A stretch of 63,192 nucleotides of DNA, counting the filler, from Olpidium bornovanus S191 (taxonomy: Eukaryota > Fungi > Olpidiomycota): assembly GCA_017911155.1 (NCBI GenBank). It is 26 parts of 26 records of this genome, joined end to end, with 100 filler letters (N's around TTAATTAATTAA, not from the genome) between each part and the next. Parts side by side here need not be neighbours in the genome. Positions count along the whole stretch, not along the records: positions 58,941 to 60,067 come from JAEFCI010004908.1; positions 60,168 to 61,525 come from JAEFCI010006194.1; positions 61,626 to 63,192 come from JAEFCI010004728.1; 23 more parts are not named here. The stretch is one strand, 5' to 3'. Of this stretch, positions 59,720-63,192 are shown in pieces. Position 1 is the first letter of the stretch. Every line of letters starts with the position of its first letter. The notes under the pieces are model-generated. The model was given only the letters and a program-made list of their open reading frames with translations, was not told the DNA's origin and did no database searches. Made by a program: the position numbers and the translations under genes.

Positions 59720-60067
59720 AAACAAACCATTCGGCGAAGCGCGGGTCGGGTCGAGCCGAGCCGGGCCGAGGACGACGCGGAGGGTAGGTGAAATTCGACC
59801 GTGTTATTCGGTGCGAGAGTTGAGAAGGCTTTTGCGTGCGATGGGCGTGTACCGCGCTTTCAGATTTTGCCGAGAAGGGAGTCCCGTTGGAGTGGGCTGG
59901 CGTACACAATCAGGCAATGCGAAAACTGAAGGAGCTACTCGAGTCCGCAGAGGTCTTGAGAGAGCTATATTGTTCAAGGGAGGCTGGGCTGATCCACCTC
60001 ACGGATAATGCTGGATCGAGTGTGAGTACTGCCGCAAAGGGAAGGAGAGGAGCACAGGCCGTCGCGG
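59720..60067 (+). mobile_element. Degenerate Ty3/gypsy RT-RNaseH connection fragment
   Basis: PCYSVRELRRLLRAMGVYRAF, then a frameshift into ..KGVPLEWAGVHNQAMRKLKELLESAEVL....LTD. Confidence 0.7.
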
Positions 60068-60181
60068 NNNNNNNNNNNNNNNNNNNNNNNNNNNNNNNNN
60101 NNNNNNNNNNNTTAATTAATTAANNNNNNNNNNNNNNNNNNNNNNNNNNNNNNNNNNNNNNNNNNNNCACAGCACGCACAA

Positions 60182-60271
<90 letters not shown>

Positions 60272-60277
60272 ACCCCC

Positions 60278-60311
<34 letters not shown>

Positions 60312-60392
60312 AAAAAAAACAATATAACGCACGCCCCCCCTCCCACACTTTCTCGGAAACACAACCCGCCTGCATTCTTCCCCCGCGCAGCC

Positions 60393-61357
60393 ATGCTCCC
60401 CGCCAACAGCGCCGCGCTTGCGGCCACGCTGCCGCTTACCGCCAGGAAGTTTGTCGCCCCTTCGCCCCTCGAGGGCACTGCTGCCGCGCCGAAGTCTGGG
60501 ATCGATCTCTATGCCCGGTTCGCCTTTGCAGGGGCGGTCTGCGTGAGTGCACGCACGTCAAACACACACACGCACACTCCCCGCGGGAGGGGGATCTCAG
60601 GCGCGGCGCGGACGATCTCGGGAGCCCGTTGTCTTTTGTTGACGTCGGAAAGGCGAAGCGACCCCTTTGCATGCTTTTTCTCCGGATTTCCGGCTGACCA
60701 GGCCACTTCCGACCGCCGTTTATTCCTCCGGTTTTTTCGACCGTCAGTGTGGTGTGACTCACGGCGCCCTGACTCCCGTTGATGTCGTCAAGACTCGCAT
60801 CCAGCTGGAACCAACTGTCTACAACAAGGGCATGCTGGGTGAGCTATTATTCCGTGACACTTTCTCAGCTGATTAACTGTTGTCGCGGGGAGAAGGGTGT
60901 GGGGAATGCTTCGCCTTGTGGCCCGAGAGGTTTGTTTGCACAAGCCACAGTTCAGTCAGAGCATTCCGTTCTTGGAGAAAAAAGAAACGCCGACGTCGTG
61001 GTGTTCCCGTTCGGTCCCGCTAGTTGATCCCCGACTGCCCGCTTTTTTCATTCTTGACCTGCCGGCTTGCCGGGTATCCGTCTGGTCTCCGTTGGAGTTT
61101 GAAGGAACGGCCCTACACGCGGCGTTGGAGGGCCTAAGCGACGATGCCCATGCGTTCTAGATGATGGACCAGATGGTTTCCTTGCTTTCAAACTGCTAGA
61201 GAGGTTACTGGCAGTCAAAGCGCAGTCCGGCGATTTGGCTGATGGCTCATTCCACTTGCCCCTCCGACGTCCAGGTGGCTTCCGCCAAATTATTGCCAAG
61301 GAGGGTGCCGGTGCGCTCCTTACCGGGTTTGGTCCAACCTTTGCTGGTTACTTCCTT
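60393..61357 (+). CDS. MIR1: Mitochondrial phosphate carrier (SLC25), 5' part
   Basis: [11 protein letters not shown]|[28 protein letters not shown]|[26 protein letters not shown], including the PxDxxKxR signature. Confidence 0.95.
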
Positions 61358-61670
61358 GTAAGTCAAATTCCGGTTATGGAACTAGTGAGATCAGCGGTAG
61401 AATTCATGAGCTCACCGTCGTGCGAGTCGTTTTGGATGAATAGCAAGGAGCGTTCAAGTGAGTCTACAGACCGCCCACTTGGCAATAGTGCATTTTGTCG
61501 GAGGGCAATATGCGGACAGCCTTAGNNNNNNNNNNNNNNNNNNNNNNNNNNNNNNNNNNNNNNNNNNNNTTAATTAATTAANNNNNNNNNNNNNNNNNNN
61601 NNNNNNNNNNNNNNNNNNNNNNNNNGACGACCACCGTCGACACACTCCGCGCGGTCTATACGGCCCCGGT

Positions 61671-62501
61671 CTAAAAACCATACCGCCGCCTTAAGCGATA
61701 GTTCAGTTCTTGCTTCGACTGATCGACGACGACGGAGTCGATCATGTCGCGTTCGATGTCTCGGGCGATCTCGGCGGCGATCTCTTCGGACACGTCTCCT
61801 TCCAGCGGCGGGAAACTCTGGTCCACGTCCGAAATGGGGTAGAGGTCGGCTGATTTCCCGTTATTGCGTGATTTCGCCGCTTGCGACATGAGGTCACGAA
61901 TCAGATCGCGGCGGGCGTCTTCGCCCGCCTGAGTTTCGAGAAGGTTTGCGATCATGTCGTCGACGGCGGAGGCCGACGAGAGCGCGGCCACCGGCGTATC
62001 GATGAGGTTTTTGACCACGTCGTTGACGGCGGAGTCAAGCGGGTGCGCGGCCGGCTGCGGCGGAACGTGCGCTGCCGGTTGCGTCGCACCGACGTAGGAA
62101 GCGTCACCCGCGGCCGGCGCGTCTGCGGAGCCGCGGCTTCCGGCCAACTCGGGGAGGCCGAATATCATTCTGTCGGCGAACATGTCGTCGATGACGTACT
62201 GCCAGCCCGGGTTCGAGACGGCGTCCGCATCGACGTTGCTCTTGAGACGCCGCATTGTTCGCAGGTACTCCTTGTCAAAGAGCGTCGCATCGTCCAGCTC
62301 GGTAACGGGAGCGGTTTCACCCGGGCCGAAGACATCGCAGAGGTACAACATCTCCTTGTTGTCGAAGATGAGATCGTCCTTCGAGACTAGGCGGCTTACG
62401 GCGCGCAAGGCCTCCGGGACTAGCAGCTGTTGTACATACAAACAGGGAGCGGCGGGCGGGGGGTTTTGTTTCATACTATTTGAGCCCAACGCAGCAGGGG
62501 A

Positions 62502-62534
<33 letters not shown>

Positions 62535-63104
62535 ACCTCCCAAGAAACGTACGTTACTGCACTGGTGGGTACACGCCGTGCGTTTGAAGACGTCGAGGCC
62601 GCGCCTGGTCTGCTGCGCGAAGTGCATGCGGCGGTCGCGCAGGTAGCGGTCCTTGTAGACGGCGCAGTACTGCCGGCTCCTGGAGGCGTCGTCGTGGTAG
62701 GTTTCGCAGGCGTTCCTGTAGGTGTCCATGAGGTAGCCGGAGTGGGCAATCCAGCGGTCCTCGACGTGCCTCTCGCCGAACGGCAGCGCGCCGACAGGGC
62801 ACACGGTCGCCAGACCCGCGAAGGTGTCTACGAACGCCTGGTAGCAGACCTCGTAGTGGCCGGCGGTGCAGAATTTGTCCACGCGCGACCTGGTGACGAA
62901 GAAGCCGAAGGGGATGAAGCAGGCCGGGCTGGTGATCTCGTTGGCGAGGCGGAGGGCCTCGGCGCACTCGGGCGAGGGAAGGTCGACTTCCAGGATCTGG
63001 CCCCAGTAGTCGCGCGGGGGATGCTGGGGACGCGCGGGCGGACCGGCGGCGGCGACGCCGGCGGCGACTGCGGCGAACGACGACAGCACGACCGCGGCCC
63101 TCAT
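61671..63104 (-). CDS. Secreted Cys-rich protein of unknown function (~435 aa after removing in-frame intron 62552-62427)
   Basis: Signal peptide MRAAVVLSSFAAVAAGVAAAG, an N-terminal domain with 10 Cys, and an acidic helical C-terminus. A 126-nt GTACGT...ACAG intron explains the poly-Phe stretch. Confidence 0.75.
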
Positions 63105-63130
63105 CGCGCAGGGCAGGCGCCCTTTTTTTT

Positions 63131-63183
<53 letters not shown>

Positions 63184-63192
63184 CCTTCTCTC

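Noticed and set aside
60393-61357. Horizontal or contaminant origin of MIR1 (it looks Dikarya-like by eye)
   Set aside because: The carrier is highly conserved and its intron style matches the other contigs. This cannot be judged without a phylogeny.
1-63192. Gene neighbourhood or cluster inferences across the whole window
   Set aside because: The contigs are joined by synthetic spacers, so adjacency across N blocks has no biological meaning.

Overview
This window is not one locus. It is 26 short contigs joined by 25 artificial 100-bp spacers (44 N + TTAATTAATTAA + 44 N), so neighbouring contigs imply no linkage. The DNA is eukaryotic, GC-rich and intron-rich, with long A/T and C/G homopolymer tracts. 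A flagellar gene (CFAP69) occurs together with fungal-type housekeeping genes, so I infer a zoosporic, early-diverging fungus (Olpidium-like; inference only). Recognisable genes, mostly partial: a USP30/Ubp16-like deubiquitinase, CFAP69, bem46/ABHD13, IPP1, an AIFM2/AMID-like oxidoreductase, a GH37 trehalase, a DUF5672-like protein, PAT1, a TAF1A-like protein, SMG1, an Mms1/DDB1-family propeller, MND1, RPN8 and MIR1. There are also several secreted or GPI-anchored proteins, decayed Ty1/copia and Ty3/gypsy fragments, and low-copy tandem repeats. Strongest leads: (1) a candidate U12-type AT-AC minor intron at 39109-39215, the only junction I could find that restores a plausible frame; (2) a Ty1/copia pol remnant with an in-frame chromodomain-like segment; (3) an SMG1 kinase with only ~80 aa where animal SMG1 has a very large insertion; (4) 5-nt and 16-nt microexons that rebuild conserved motifs; (5) strong enrichment of CATG at contig ends. 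All family assignments come from motif recognition by eye; no database searches were run.
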